Origin: Rhodobacterales bacterium
GTDB taxonomy: Bacteria; Pseudomonadota; Alphaproteobacteria; Rhodobacterales; Rhodobacteraceae
Reading direction: 5' to 3'
Length of the DNA: 64,000 bases
Assembly (NCBI GenBank): GCA_002748285.1
Contig: PDSA01000032.1
Span: 6,857-70,856, forward strand
Of the stretch, positions 54,926 through 63,672 are shown piece by piece (the stretch's first letter is position 1; each line of letters begins with the position of its first letter). A program made the translations under genes and the position numbers. Below the pieces are notes generated by a model. The model was not told the origin of the DNA. It saw only the letters and a list, made by a program, of their open reading frames with translations, and made no database searches.

Positions 54926-55061
54926 GATCGCATATCCCCTGTTTGCGTGCCAGAATCGTCTTAATGCCTCTGCTGGCCAAGAACAAGGCACGGATGGCTT
55001 TCAGAAGGGAGGATTTCACCGGGAGCAATCAAACAGGGGGGCGATCAAACGTCGCAGGCGC

Positions 55062-55135
55062 TGGAGCGGGTAGCGGGAATCGAACCCGCACCTTAAGCTT
55101 GGAAGGCTCTTATGATACCATTTCACCATACCCGC
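55062..55135 (-). tRNA. tRNA-Gly (anticodon UCC), CCA encoded
   Basis: I folded it by hand as a cloverleaf. Acceptor stem GCGGGTA/TACCCGC, D-stem GTGA/TCAT, anticodon loop CT-TCC-AA, T-arm GCGGG-TTCGATT-CCCGC, then discriminator T plus CCA. There is one A-A mismatch at the top of the anticodon stem. Confidence 0.9.
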
Positions 55136-55151
55136 CCGATGCTGAGGCGGT

Positions 55152-55180
55152 GCATAGGACAATGCGCTGCGATGGTCAAG
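55152..55180 (-). promoter_or_regulatory. candidate sigma-70 promoter for tRNA-Gly
   Basis: Minus strand reads CTTGAC-N17-CTATGC, close to the alphaproteobacterial CTTGAC-N17-CTATAT consensus. The -10 element ends 16 nt upstream of the mature tRNA 5' end. Confidence 0.4.
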
Positions 55181-55219
55181 CCTCGGTCTGATTTTTTGCC
55201 CGGATTTGCCGCCCCCAGC

Positions 55220-56104
55220 TCAGCCCGCGCCCCGGGCCGCCAGATAAAGCGCCCCGTCCAGCGCGTTGCCCTTGGGCGGGCGCATCGCATCGCGATAGGG
55301 GGCGGGCAGGTAATCGGCGTAATGCGGACCCAGACCGCCGCTCAGGCACAGGCGTTCGCCGGTTTCATAGCCCAAAGCCGCGAGCCCCGCCACGATGTAA
55401 TCGGCCCCTCGGGTCATCAGTTCATGCCCCAGCGGATCGCCCTGTTTGGCGGCCTCCACCACCATCGGGGCAAATTTGGCAAACCGGGCCGGGCCGGCGC
55501 TGCTGCTAAAGCGGAAAATGCGGGCGTGATCATGGTTGAATTCGGCCAGAGCCTGCTGGCTGAGGTCGCAATGCGGCGCGATCCCGTCAAAGCAGCGCAC
55601 CATCTGCCGCAGCAGTTGCTGGCCCAGCCAGGCGCCCGAAGCATCATCCCCAAGCGCCAGCCCCCAGCCGCCCAGATAGCGGACCCCCTGAGCGGTCTGC
55701 CGCGCCAGAAACGAGCCAGTGCCGATCGGCGCAACGCTGCCATTTTCCCCGGCCAACGCCCCCGTGACCGAGGTCAGCCGATCCTCAACCACCTGCGAAT
55801 TGACAAAGGGCAGAGCCTGCGCCACCCGGCGGGCCATCTCCTCATCCCGCACCCCGGCCAGCCCAGCAAAGGCGCGGACCTTGGGCAGATCGTCCTCGGG
55901 CAGCCCGGCCTGCGCCCAGGCGCTGTGGATTGCCCCCCGCAGATTGTCCAGCGCAACCTGAAAATCCGTGGCCGGGTTGGCTGGCCCGCCCTGCCCGCGC
56001 CCCAGAACCCGGCCGACCGCACCGTTTTCCACCCGCGCCACCGCCACGCGGCAACCCGAGCCTCCGCCATCCATGCCAACCACAATGCCGTGACAATTGC
56101 TCAT
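55220..56104 (-). CDS. BadF/BadG/BcrA/BcrD-type ATPase, N-acetylglucosamine-kinase-like
   Basis: N-terminal phosphate-1 motif VVGMDGGGSGCRVAV and ASKHA-fold glycine-rich blocks. Overlaps the upstream gene by 4 nt. Confidence 0.75.
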   Translation of the reverse strand: MSNCHGIVVGMDGGGSGCRVAVARVENGAVGRVLGRGQGGPANPATDFQVALDNLRGAIHSAWAQAGLPEDDLPKVRAFAGLAGVRDEEMARRVAQALPFVNSQVVEDRLTSVTGALAGENGSVAPIGTGSFLARQTAQGVRYLGGWGLALGDDASGAWLGQQLLRQMVRCFDGIAPHCDLSQQALAEFNHDHARIFRFSSSAGPARFAKFAPMVVEAAKQGDPLGHELMTRGADYIVAGLAALGYETGERLCLSGGLGPHYADYLPAPYRDAMRPPKGNALDGALYLAARGAG

Positions 56105-56508
56105 AGGGCAAACATCCCGGACAGATCATAGCCCGCTTTGGCAGCGGATTCGACGATCTGATCGACCGGCATCTGCCCGATTTGCAGCAAAGCCCAGATC
56201 ACCGCGCAACGGGTGCCGCTGCGGCAATAGGCCAGCACCGGTTTGGGCAGTTGCTCCCACAGCGTACGGGTTTTGGCCGCCTGCCCTTGCAGCTGGTCAT
56301 GGGTGACGGCGGGCAGAAAGGCGAATTCCAGCCCCAGTTCATGGGCGACCTGAGCGATTTCGGCGGCATCGGGCTGGCCGGGGTCTTCGCCATCGGGGCG
56401 GTTGCAAATGATGCTGCGAAACCCGGCATCATAAAGGGTTTGCAGATCTTGCACGCTAATCTGAGCGCTGACCGAAAAATCATCTGCAAGGCGGCGAATA
56501 TCCATCAT
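56101..56508 (-). CDS. DUF442/TIGR01244-family protein (PTP-like fold, sulfur-transferase/phosphatase-like)
   Basis: 135 aa. FSVSAQISVQDLQTLYDAGFRSIICNRPDGE and CRSGTRC (a CX5R-like loop) match my recollection of this family. Confidence 0.65.
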   Translation of the reverse strand: MMDIRRLADDFSVSAQISVQDLQTLYDAGFRSIICNRPDGEDPGQPDAAEIAQVAHELGLEFAFLPAVTHDQLQGQAAKTRTLWEQLPKPVLAYCRSGTRCAVIWALLQIGQMPVDQIVESAAKAGYDLSGMFAL

Positions 56509-56580
56509 GTGGTGGGTGTCCTGTTACAAATCATAGGCGGGTATTGTGACCGATCCCGGCGCAGACGACAAGCCGGGCGC

Positions 56581-57813
56581 TTAGGGCCGGATCAACACCT
56601 GCAGATCGGCGACATTGGTTCCGGTCGCGCCGGTGATCAGCAGATCCTCCGCCGCCTGCAAGGCATGATAGCTGTCATTGTCGGCCAGCATCGCCTGCGG
56701 ATCAACGCCCTTTGCCCGCATCCGCCTCAATGAGCCCGCATCCACCAGCCCGCCCGCCGCATCGGTGGGCCCATCGCGCCCATCGGTGCCGCCAGACAGA
56801 AACACCCAGCCGGGGGCCCAGCCTTGTTCCTCGGCCAACAGAGCCAGCCGCAGCGCCAGTTCCTGATTACGCCCGCCTTTGCCGTTTCCTTGCAGGCGCA
56901 CCGTGGTTTCGCCGCCAAACAGGGTGATGCCAGGGCCGGATTGAGCAATGATCTCAGCGGCTTGTGCGACATCTCCGATCAGCGGGCAATCATGCACCAT
57001 GGCCTGCCCGGCGGCGGTGTGCATGGCGGATAAGCTGATCTCGTTTGACCCCACCAGTTGATTTTCTGCCTCTGGCAGGGCAGGCATCCGGGCCTGCGGC
57101 GCAGACAGATGCGCCCGCACCGCCTCTGGCACCCGCTGCCACAACCCATAGCGGCGCAGCAGTTCAATCGCCTGCGCCTTATCCCCCACCGGCCCGGCGG
57201 TCGGGCCGCTGGCGATCAGGCGCATATCATTACCAATCACATCCGACAGCACCAGTGCCCGCAGCCGCGCCGGAGCCGCCAGCCGCAGCATCCCGCCGCC
57301 TTTAAGCTGTGAAAGCTGCTGGCGGATCAGATTGATCTGGCCGATGCCCGCGCCACAGCCCAGCAGTAGACGGTTGACCTCGGCCTTGTCCGACAGGCTG
57401 AGGCCGGCGACCGGGGCGGGCAAAAGGGCCGAGCCTCCGCCGCTGATCAGCGCCAGAATGCGGTCACGGGCCGTGGCGTGGTGTAGCATTTCCATCACCG
57501 CGCGCCCGGCGATCAGGCCGTTTTCATCCGGCACCGGATGGCCGGCGGCATGGGTGGTGGCGAATGGCAGAGGACAGGCGTTTTCAGGGTTGGTAACCAC
57601 GATGATCTGCCGGGGCTCTGCCACAACCGCAGCGGCGGCGCGAGCCATGGCGGTGGCGGCTTTGCCAAAGGCGATGATAATGGTTTGTCCGCCCATATCC
57701 GGGGGCGGCATCGGCTGCGTCTGCAAGGCCTGCGCGACCGCTTGATAAGGATCGGCGGCGGCGACTCCGGCGTTGAAAATCGCAACCGCGCGGCTCCGCA
57801 GCGCCCCGGTCAT
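56581..57813 (-). CDS. MOFRL-family glycerate 2-kinase (annotated in some genomes as hydroxypyruvate reductase TtuD)
   Basis: DUF4147 N-domain (FGKAATAMA...GHPVPDENG) and MOFRL C-domain (GGETTVRL...GGRNQELAL...SGGTDGRDGPTDAAG). ATG 57813 overlaps the degT-like stop (ATGA). Confidence 0.85.
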   Translation of the reverse strand: MTGALRSRAVAIFNAGVAAADPYQAVAQALQTQPMPPPDMGGQTIIIAFGKAATAMARAAAAVVAEPRQIIVVTNPENACPLPFATTHAAGHPVPDENGLIAGRAVMEMLHHATARDRILALISGGGSALLPAPVAGLSLSDKAEVNRLLLGCGAGIGQINLIRQQLSQLKGGGMLRLAAPARLRALVLSDVIGNDMRLIASGPTAGPVGDKAQAIELLRRYGLWQRVPEAVRAHLSAPQARMPALPEAENQLVGSNEISLSAMHTAAGQAMVHDCPLIGDVAQAAEIIAQSGPGITLFGGETTVRLQGNGKGGRNQELALRLALLAEEQGWAPGWVFLSGGTDGRDGPTDAAGGLVDAGSLRRMRAKGVDPQAMLADNDSYHALQAAEDLLITGATGTNVADLQVLIRP

Positions 57814-59021
57814 CCGCCCCGCCCCGAGGCCTGAAACACTGCGCTCACCTCCTGACGGATGATGCGCCCGATCTGTTGGCAATCGCTCAAACTAAAGGTC
57901 AGCGGCAAGCGCATATCCATAATCGCCCGCAACACCCGGTCGCTGGCCGGCAGCTGTTGCGCCGGGGCGTAACGCCAGCTGTCATAACGCGAGGTAAAGC
58001 CGGTGGGAGCGGCGCCGCCAAACCATTTCAGCTCGACCCCCCGCGCCGCACAACGCGCCAGCACTTGTTCGATCTGCGGATCGGCCCAATCCAACAGCAG
58101 AAACTGGATGGAAGAGCCGACATAGTCCTCGGCCGCGGGCCGTTCAATCAGCGTCAGGCCGGGTGTGTCGCGCAGAGCGGTTTCGACGCAGCGATAACGT
58201 TCATTCCAGCGGGCGCATTGCTGGCCCAGCTGCCGCAGCTGCGGACGCAATATCGCCGCCCGCAGATTGTCCATCCGCCCGGAAATGTTGGGCGTTTCAT
58301 AGCGCAGATCGGCGAAAGCCGCCGCCGGCGGGCCGGCCAGATGGCGTTCATACATCATGTAACTGCCCGACAGCATCACCGCCTGCGCCATCAGATCGGC
58401 ATCATCCGAGATCAGCAGACCGCCCTCGCCCGAATTCAAATGCTTATAGGTCTGGGTGGAATAAGCCGCCATCACCCCATGCCGCCCGGACAGAGTGCCG
58501 TTCCAGCGCGCCCCCATGGTGTGGGCGCAATCTTCGATGACGGCGACATTGGCGCGGTGACACAGCCGCATCAGCGCCTCCATATCGCAAATATGCCCGC
58601 GCATATGGCTGAGCAACAACACCCGCGCCCCGCTGCTGTCGATTTTGGCGGCCAGATCGGCCAGATCAATGGTCAGCGCCTGATCTACCCCAACGAAAAT
58701 CGGTTCGGCCCCCAAACTGGCAATCGCGCCCGGCACCGGGGCCAGGGTGAACACATTGGTCAGCACCCGATCCCCGGGCCCGACCCCGAGCGCCCGCAAC
58801 GCCGTCGCAATCGCATAGCCGCCCGAAGCCACCGCCAACGCATATTTCGCCCCCATCGCGGCGGCGAATTCCTGTTCCAGCAGGGCAGTTTCTCCGGCCT
58901 CGTTTTCGACCAAATTATAGCGATGCAAGCGCCCGCTTTGCAAAACCGCAACTGCGGCGGCAATGCCCTCTTCCGGGATCGGCTCTTGCTGGGTGAAGCT
59001 GCCTTTGAATGTCTCACTCAT
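57810..59021 (-). CDS. DegT/DnrJ/EryC1/StrS-family PLP-dependent aminotransferase
   Basis: LEQEFAAAMGAKYALAVASGGYAIATALRALGVGPGD, then VIEDCAHTMGA and the lysine block STQTYKHLNSGEGG. Confidence 0.88.
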   Translation of the reverse strand: MSETFKGSFTQQEPIPEEGIAAAVAVLQSGRLHRYNLVENEAGETALLEQEFAAAMGAKYALAVASGGYAIATALRALGVGPGDRVLTNVFTLAPVPGAIASLGAEPIFVGVDQALTIDLADLAAKIDSSGARVLLLSHMRGHICDMEALMRLCHRANVAVIEDCAHTMGARWNGTLSGRHGVMAAYSTQTYKHLNSGEGGLLISDDADLMAQAVMLSGSYMMYERHLAGPPAAAFADLRYETPNISGRMDNLRAAILRPQLRQLGQQCARWNERYRCVETALRDTPGLTLIERPAAEDYVGSSIQFLLLDWADPQIEQVLARCAARGVELKWFGGAAPTGFTSRYDSWRYAPAQQLPASDRVLRAIMDMRLPLTFSLSDCQQIGRIIRQEVSAVFQASGRGG

Positions 59022-59022
59022 G

Positions 59023-59694
59023 TCAGGCTCCGTCGATCAGTTGCTCAACCAGCCCGAACAGCTGATCATAATGCTCCAGCAAGCCCTCGGGCTGCATTTG
59101 TGCCACCGCGCGGCCGCTGGGGCCGAAAGTCACCAGCACCACCGGCACCCCGGCAGCGGTCGCGGTGTTGCGGTCGGTGATGGTGTCGCCGATCAGAACC
59201 GAGCGGCCAACCGTGCCACCGGCGCGTTCCACCGCCGCGTGATACGGAGCGGCATCGGGTTTGCGTTGTGTCAGAGTATCCGCCCCGATCAGCGACTGAA
59301 ACAAGGGCCGGATGCCCAGCTTTTGCAGCAGGGTCTCGGCCAAGGCTTCGGGTTTATTGGTGCAAACCCCCAGACGATACCCCGCCTTTGCAAGCTGCGC
59401 CAAGGCAGGTTCAACCCCGTCATAGAGCCGCGTGTAACGGTCAATCTGAGCGCCGTAATGCTGCAATAACAGCGGGAATTGCTGATCAATCAGCGCCTCG
59501 GCCTCCTTAAGCCCCAGCCGGGAAAACCCCAGCCCCAGCATCGCCCGCCCCCCGGCAAAGGCGGTGGCCTGATCGGTTTCCAGATCCAACAGATCGCCAT
59601 GCCCCAGCCCGCGAAAACAGGCGTTGGCGGCGGCCAGCAGATCCTTGCCGGTATCGGCCAAAGTGCCATCCAGATCAAAAATAACGGTTTTCAT
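59023..59694 (-). CDS. HAD-superfamily hydrolase, phosphoglycolate-phosphatase-like
   Basis: Motif I VIFDLDGTLADT, motif II CTNKP, and motif IV GDTITD. AGGAGGG lies upstream of ATG 59694. The stop is 1 nt before the degT-like start. Confidence 0.8.
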   Translation of the reverse strand: MKTVIFDLDGTLADTGKDLLAAANACFRGLGHGDLLDLETDQATAFAGGRAMLGLGFSRLGLKEAEALIDQQFPLLLQHYGAQIDRYTRLYDGVEPALAQLAKAGYRLGVCTNKPEALAETLLQKLGIRPLFQSLIGADTLTQRKPDAAPYHAAVERAGGTVGRSVLIGDTITDRNTATAAGVPVVLVTFGPSGRAVAQMQPEGLLEHYDQLFGLVEQLIDGA

Positions 59695-59813
59695 GTTCCC
59701 TCCTGGGCAGAGACTCGCCGACCTTTGTAATATAACGTAAACACAAGTGATAGCCTTTCGCCTTGCGGTTGGCAGATGATGTAGTAAAACGGGCAAAAAT
59801 GAGGGGAAAGAGC

Positions 59814-61172
59814 ATGACAACAGCTTTGATCGTTCTGGCCGCGGGTCAGGGAACCCGGATGAATTCGGACCTGCCCAAAGTGCTGCACCCGCTGGGCGGC
59901 GTGCCGCTGGTGGTGCACGCCATGGCTTCGGGCAGCGCGGTGGCGCCGGAAAAAACCGTGGTGGTGGCCGGGCATGGTGCGGATCGGGTGACGCCTGCGG
60001 TGCTGGCGCATGATCCGGCGGCTGCGGTGGTGCGTCAGGATCAGCAGTTGGGCACCGGCCATGCGGTTTTGCAGGCTGCCGATGCGCTGGACGGGTTTGC
60101 CGGGGATGCGATCGTGGTGTTCGGCGATACCCCCTTCGTGCGTCCCGAAACCATCGCCAAAATGGCCGAAGCCCGCGCTGGTGGCGATGACATCGTGATG
60201 CTGGGCTTTGAGGCCGCCGATCCGGGCCGTTATGGGCGTATGGTATTGGGCGATGACGGGCTGGAGCGGATTGTCGAGGCCAAGGATGCCTCCGATCAGG
60301 AACTGGCCCTCACCCTGTGCAATGGTGGGCTGGTGGCGGCGGATGCCAAAACCCTGTTTGACCTGCTCAGAGGGCTGGGCAATGACAATGCCAGCGGCGA
60401 ATACTATCTGACCGACATCGTGCAGGCGGGTCGGGCGCAGGGGCTGAAGGCCGGGGTGGTGATTTGTGAAGAATCCGAGACCCTTGGCATCAACACCCGC
60501 GCCGAGCTGGCCCGCGCCGAGCAGCTGCTTCAACAGCAAAAGCGGCGTGAAGCGCTGGAGAATGGCGTGACTCTGCTGGCCCCTGACACCGTGTTTTTCA
60601 GCTATGACAGCCAGATTGGCCGCGATGCGGTGGTTGAGCAGAATGTGGTGTTCGGCCCTGGGGTGAGCGTAGAAACCGGTGCCACCATCCGTGCTTTCAG
60701 CCATCTTGAGGGCTGCCATGTGGCGCAGGGCGCGGTGGTCGGCCCCTATGCCCGGCTGCGCCCCGGCACCGAGTTGAACGAAAACACCAAAGTGGGCAAT
60801 TTCGTCGAAGTCAAAAACGCGGTGCTGGAGGAAGGGGCCAAGGTCAACCATCTCTCTTATATCGGCGATGCCGCCATTGGGGCCCGCTCTAATATTGGCG
60901 CTGGCACCATCACCTGCAATTATGATGGCTATATGAAGCACCGCACCGAGATTGGGCGCGACAGTTTCATCGGCTCGAACACCATGCTGGTGGCTCCGGT
61001 TACGATCGGCGATGAAGCGATGAGCGCCAGTGGATCGGTGATCACCGGCGATGTGCCGGATGGGGCGCTGGCCCTGGGCCGGGCCCGGCAGGTAACAAAA
61101 CCCGGTCTGGCGCGTAAAATGTTCGGAAAGTTAAAGAAAACCAAGGAAAAACTGCAAAAAGGGGCGGAATAA
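59814..61172 (+). CDS. glmU: bifunctional UDP-GlcNAc diphosphorylase / GlcN-1-P N-acetyltransferase
   Basis: LAAGQGTRMNSDLPKVLH nucleotidyl-transferase motif and C-terminal left-handed beta-helix hexapeptide repeats. Start at ATG 59814. Confidence 0.96.
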   Translation: MTTALIVLAAGQGTRMNSDLPKVLHPLGGVPLVVHAMASGSAVAPEKTVVVAGHGADRVTPAVLAHDPAAAVVRQDQQLGTGHAVLQAADALDGFAGDAIVVFGDTPFVRPETIAKMAEARAGGDDIVMLGFEAADPGRYGRMVLGDDGLERIVEAKDASDQELALTLCNGGLVAADAKTLFDLLRGLGNDNASGEYYLTDIVQAGRAQGLKAGVVICEESETLGINTRAELARAEQLLQQQKRREALENGVTLLAPDTVFFSYDSQIGRDAVVEQNVVFGPGVSVETGATIRAFSHLEGCHVAQGAVVGPYARLRPGTELNENTKVGNFVEVKNAVLEEGAKVNHLSYIGDAAIGARSNIGAGTITCNYDGYMKHRTEIGRDSFIGSNTMLVAPVTIGDEAMSASGSVITGDVPDGALALGRARQVTKPGLARKMFGKLKKTKEKLQKGAE

Positions 61173-62995
61173 TGTGTGGAATTGTTGGGGTCCTCGGGAA
61201 ACACGAAGTCGCGCCTTTGCTGGTTGAGGCTCTGAAACGGCTGGAATATCGCGGCTATGACAGCGCCGGAATCGCCACCATTGATGAGGGCAAGCTGGAC
61301 CGGCGCCGCGCGGTGGGCAAGCTGATTAACCTGTCCGATCTGCTGGTGCATGATCCGCTGCCGGGCAAGATCGGCATCGGCCACACCCGCTGGGCCACCC
61401 ATGGCGCGCCCAGTGTCGGCAATGCGCATCCGCATCGGGCCGGGCCGGTGGCGGTGGTGCATAATGGCATTATCGAAAATTTCCGCGAATTGCGCGCCGA
61501 GATGCAGCAAAACGGCATCACCTTTCAAACCGAAACCGATACCGAAACCGTCGCCCTGCTGACCCATCACTACACCGATCAGGGCTACTCCCCGCGCGAG
61601 GCCGCCCGGATGACGGTGGAACGCCTTGAAGGGGCGTTTGCGCTGTGCTTTCTGTTTGACGGCGAAGAGGATCTGATGATCGCAGCCCGCAAAGGCTCGC
61701 CGCTGGCGATTGGCCATGGGGATGGCGAAATGTTCGTGGGTTCGGACGCGATTGCGCTGGCACCGATGACCAATCAGATCACCTATCTGGAAGAAGGCGA
61801 CATGGCCGTAATCACCCGCGCCGGGGCCGAGATCCGCGACCGTGACGGCCAGCAGGTGCATCGTGAAGTCGAAACCGTCAGCATCGACAGCACTCTGATC
61901 GAAAAGGGCGGCTACAAACATTACATGGCCAAGGAAATCGCCGAACAGCCCACCGTGCTGGGCGATGCGATCAACCACTATATCGCCCCTGATCAAAACC
62001 ATATCAATTTGTGCAATCAGGATATCGACTTTAGCCAATTTGACCGCATCACCATGGTCGCCTGCGGCACCGCCTATCTGGCTTGCCTGACCGCGAAATA
62101 CTGGTTCGAGCAGGTGGCGCGGATGCCGGTTGAGGTCGATATTGCTTCGGAATTCCGTTATCGCGAGCCTCCGATTGCGCCGCGCACGCTGGCGCTGTTT
62201 GTCAGCCAATCCGGCGAAACCGCCGATACGCTGGCGGCGCTGCGCTATTGCAAGGGCAAAGCGGATATGATCGTGTCCGTCGTTAACGCCGCCCAATCCT
62301 CGATTGCCCGGGAAAGCGATGTGGCGCTGCCAATTCTGGCCGGCGCGGAAATCGGCGTGGCCTCGACCAAAGCCTTTACCTGCCAGCTGTGTGTCATGGC
62401 GCTGTTGATGCTCAGCGCAGCGCAGAAGCGCGGGCAGATCAGCGAAGCCGAGCTGGCCAACCATCTGGCCAATCTGCGCCGCCTGCCCGGCATTCTGAGT
62501 CAGGCCATTGATACCGAAGCAGAAGCGCAAGCGATCTCGACCAAGCTGGCACAGGCGCAGGATGTGCTGTTTCTGGGGCGCGGCGCGCTGTTCCCGCTGG
62601 CACTGGAAGGGGCGCTAAAACTCAAGGAACTCAGCTACATACACGCCGAAGGTTATGCATCGGGTGAACTCAAACACGGCCCCATCGCCTTGATTGACGA
62701 AAAGATGCCGGTGGTGGTGATGGCCCCGCGGGACGCGCTGTTTGAGAAAACCGTGTCCAATATGCAAGAGGTGATGGCACGGGGCGGCAAAGTGGTACTG
62801 ATCTCGGACAGTCAGGGCATCAAAGAGGCCGGCGAAGGTACCTTGCAGACCCTGACCATGCCGCAGGTCGATGATCTGTTTGCCCCGATCCTCTATGCGA
62901 TCCCGGCCCAGATGCTGGCCTACCACACCGCGATTGCCAAAGGCACGGATGTGGACCAGCCGCGCAATCTGGCCAAATCGGTGACGGTGGAATGA
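61172..62995 (+). CDS. glmS: glutamine--fructose-6-phosphate aminotransferase
   Basis: N-terminal nucleophile MCGIVG, two SIS domains, and the C-terminal KSVTVE. Confidence 0.97.
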   Translation: MCGIVGVLGKHEVAPLLVEALKRLEYRGYDSAGIATIDEGKLDRRRAVGKLINLSDLLVHDPLPGKIGIGHTRWATHGAPSVGNAHPHRAGPVAVVHNGIIENFRELRAEMQQNGITFQTETDTETVALLTHHYTDQGYSPREAARMTVERLEGAFALCFLFDGEEDLMIAARKGSPLAIGHGDGEMFVGSDAIALAPMTNQITYLEEGDMAVITRAGAEIRDRDGQQVHREVETVSIDSTLIEKGGYKHYMAKEIAEQPTVLGDAINHYIAPDQNHINLCNQDIDFSQFDRITMVACGTAYLACLTAKYWFEQVARMPVEVDIASEFRYREPPIAPRTLALFVSQSGETADTLAALRYCKGKADMIVSVVNAAQSSIARESDVALPILAGAEIGVASTKAFTCQLCVMALLMLSAAQKRGQISEAELANHLANLRRLPGILSQAIDTEAEAQAISTKLAQAQDVLFLGRGALFPLALEGALKLKELSYIHAEGYASGELKHGPIALIDEKMPVVVMAPRDALFEKTVSNMQEVMARGGKVVLISDSQGIKEAGEGTLQTLTMPQVDDLFAPILYAIPAQMLAYHTAIAKGTDVDQPRNLAKSVTVE

Positions 62996-63672
62996 CCCCG
63001 CAGGCTGCCATTGACGCCCTGCGCACCCATTCGGTGCCGGGCAAAGCGTTGCAGATGGCGGCTTATCACAAGTCTGAGCGCCCCTTTCTGGGCGTCTCGA
63101 ACCCGTCGATTGATGCCGAGGTCAAGGCTTGGCGCGCCCAGCTTGATCTGGATCAGCGCATCGAACTGGCGGATGGTCTGTGGCAGAGCAATATTTTCGA
63201 AGCCCGCATCGCCGCCGCCAAGCTGCTCACTCAGGCCAGGATTCGCCCCGATGAGGCCGTCTGGCAGCTGATCTGCTCGTGGCGGCCCGATTTCGACGGC
63301 TGGGCGCTGGCCGATCACGCCTGTATGGCCGGCCGCAAACGCCTGCAAGCTGACCCGAGCCGTATCGATCAGGTCGAGGGCTGGACCCGCTCGGATCATA
63401 TGTGGAGCCGCCGCGCCGCGCTGGTCATCACCCTGCCTTGGTCCCGGCAGAACAACCCCAAGCCCGCCGATTTGGAAATCCGCGAGCGGGTGCTGGGCTG
63501 GGCGGCGGGTTATGCCGATGACCCAGACTGGTTCATTCAAAAAGCCATCGCGTGGTGGTTGCGTGATTTATCCAAACACGACCCCGAGCGCACAGCAGCC
63601 TTTTTGGAGGAACATGGCAAACGCCTGAAACCCTTTGCCCGCAAGATTGCCGCCAGCAAGCTGGGGAAATGA
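62992..63672 (+). CDS. DNA alkylation repair protein (AlkD-like HEAT-repeat family)
   Basis: The pattern KALQMAAYHKSERPFLGVSNP...WQSNIFEARIAAAKLL...WFIQKAIAWWLRDLSK is typical of the DNA-alkylation-repair HEAT family. Overlaps the glmS stop by 4 nt. Confidence 0.78.
   Translation: MTPQAAIDALRTHSVPGKALQMAAYHKSERPFLGVSNPSIDAEVKAWRAQLDLDQRIELADGLWQSNIFEARIAAAKLLTQARIRPDEAVWQLICSWRPDFDGWALADHACMAGRKRLQADPSRIDQVEGWTRSDHMWSRRAALVITLPWSRQNNPKPADLEIRERVLGWAAGYADDPDWFIQKAIAWWLRDLSKHDPERTAAFLEEHGKRLKPFARKIAASKLGK

Noticed and set aside
55062-55135. tRNA-Gly as the attachment site of a genomic island
   Set aside because: There is no integrase gene, no repeat of the tRNA 3' end, and no compositional shift in the flanking ABC exporter or sugar-kinase operon that I could see.
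59691-62530. 416-aa and 533-aa minus-strand ORFs antisense to glmU and glmS
   Set aside because: glmU and glmS are unambiguous. The antisense ORFs show a low-complexity Arg/Gly/His composition and no ribosome-binding sites.
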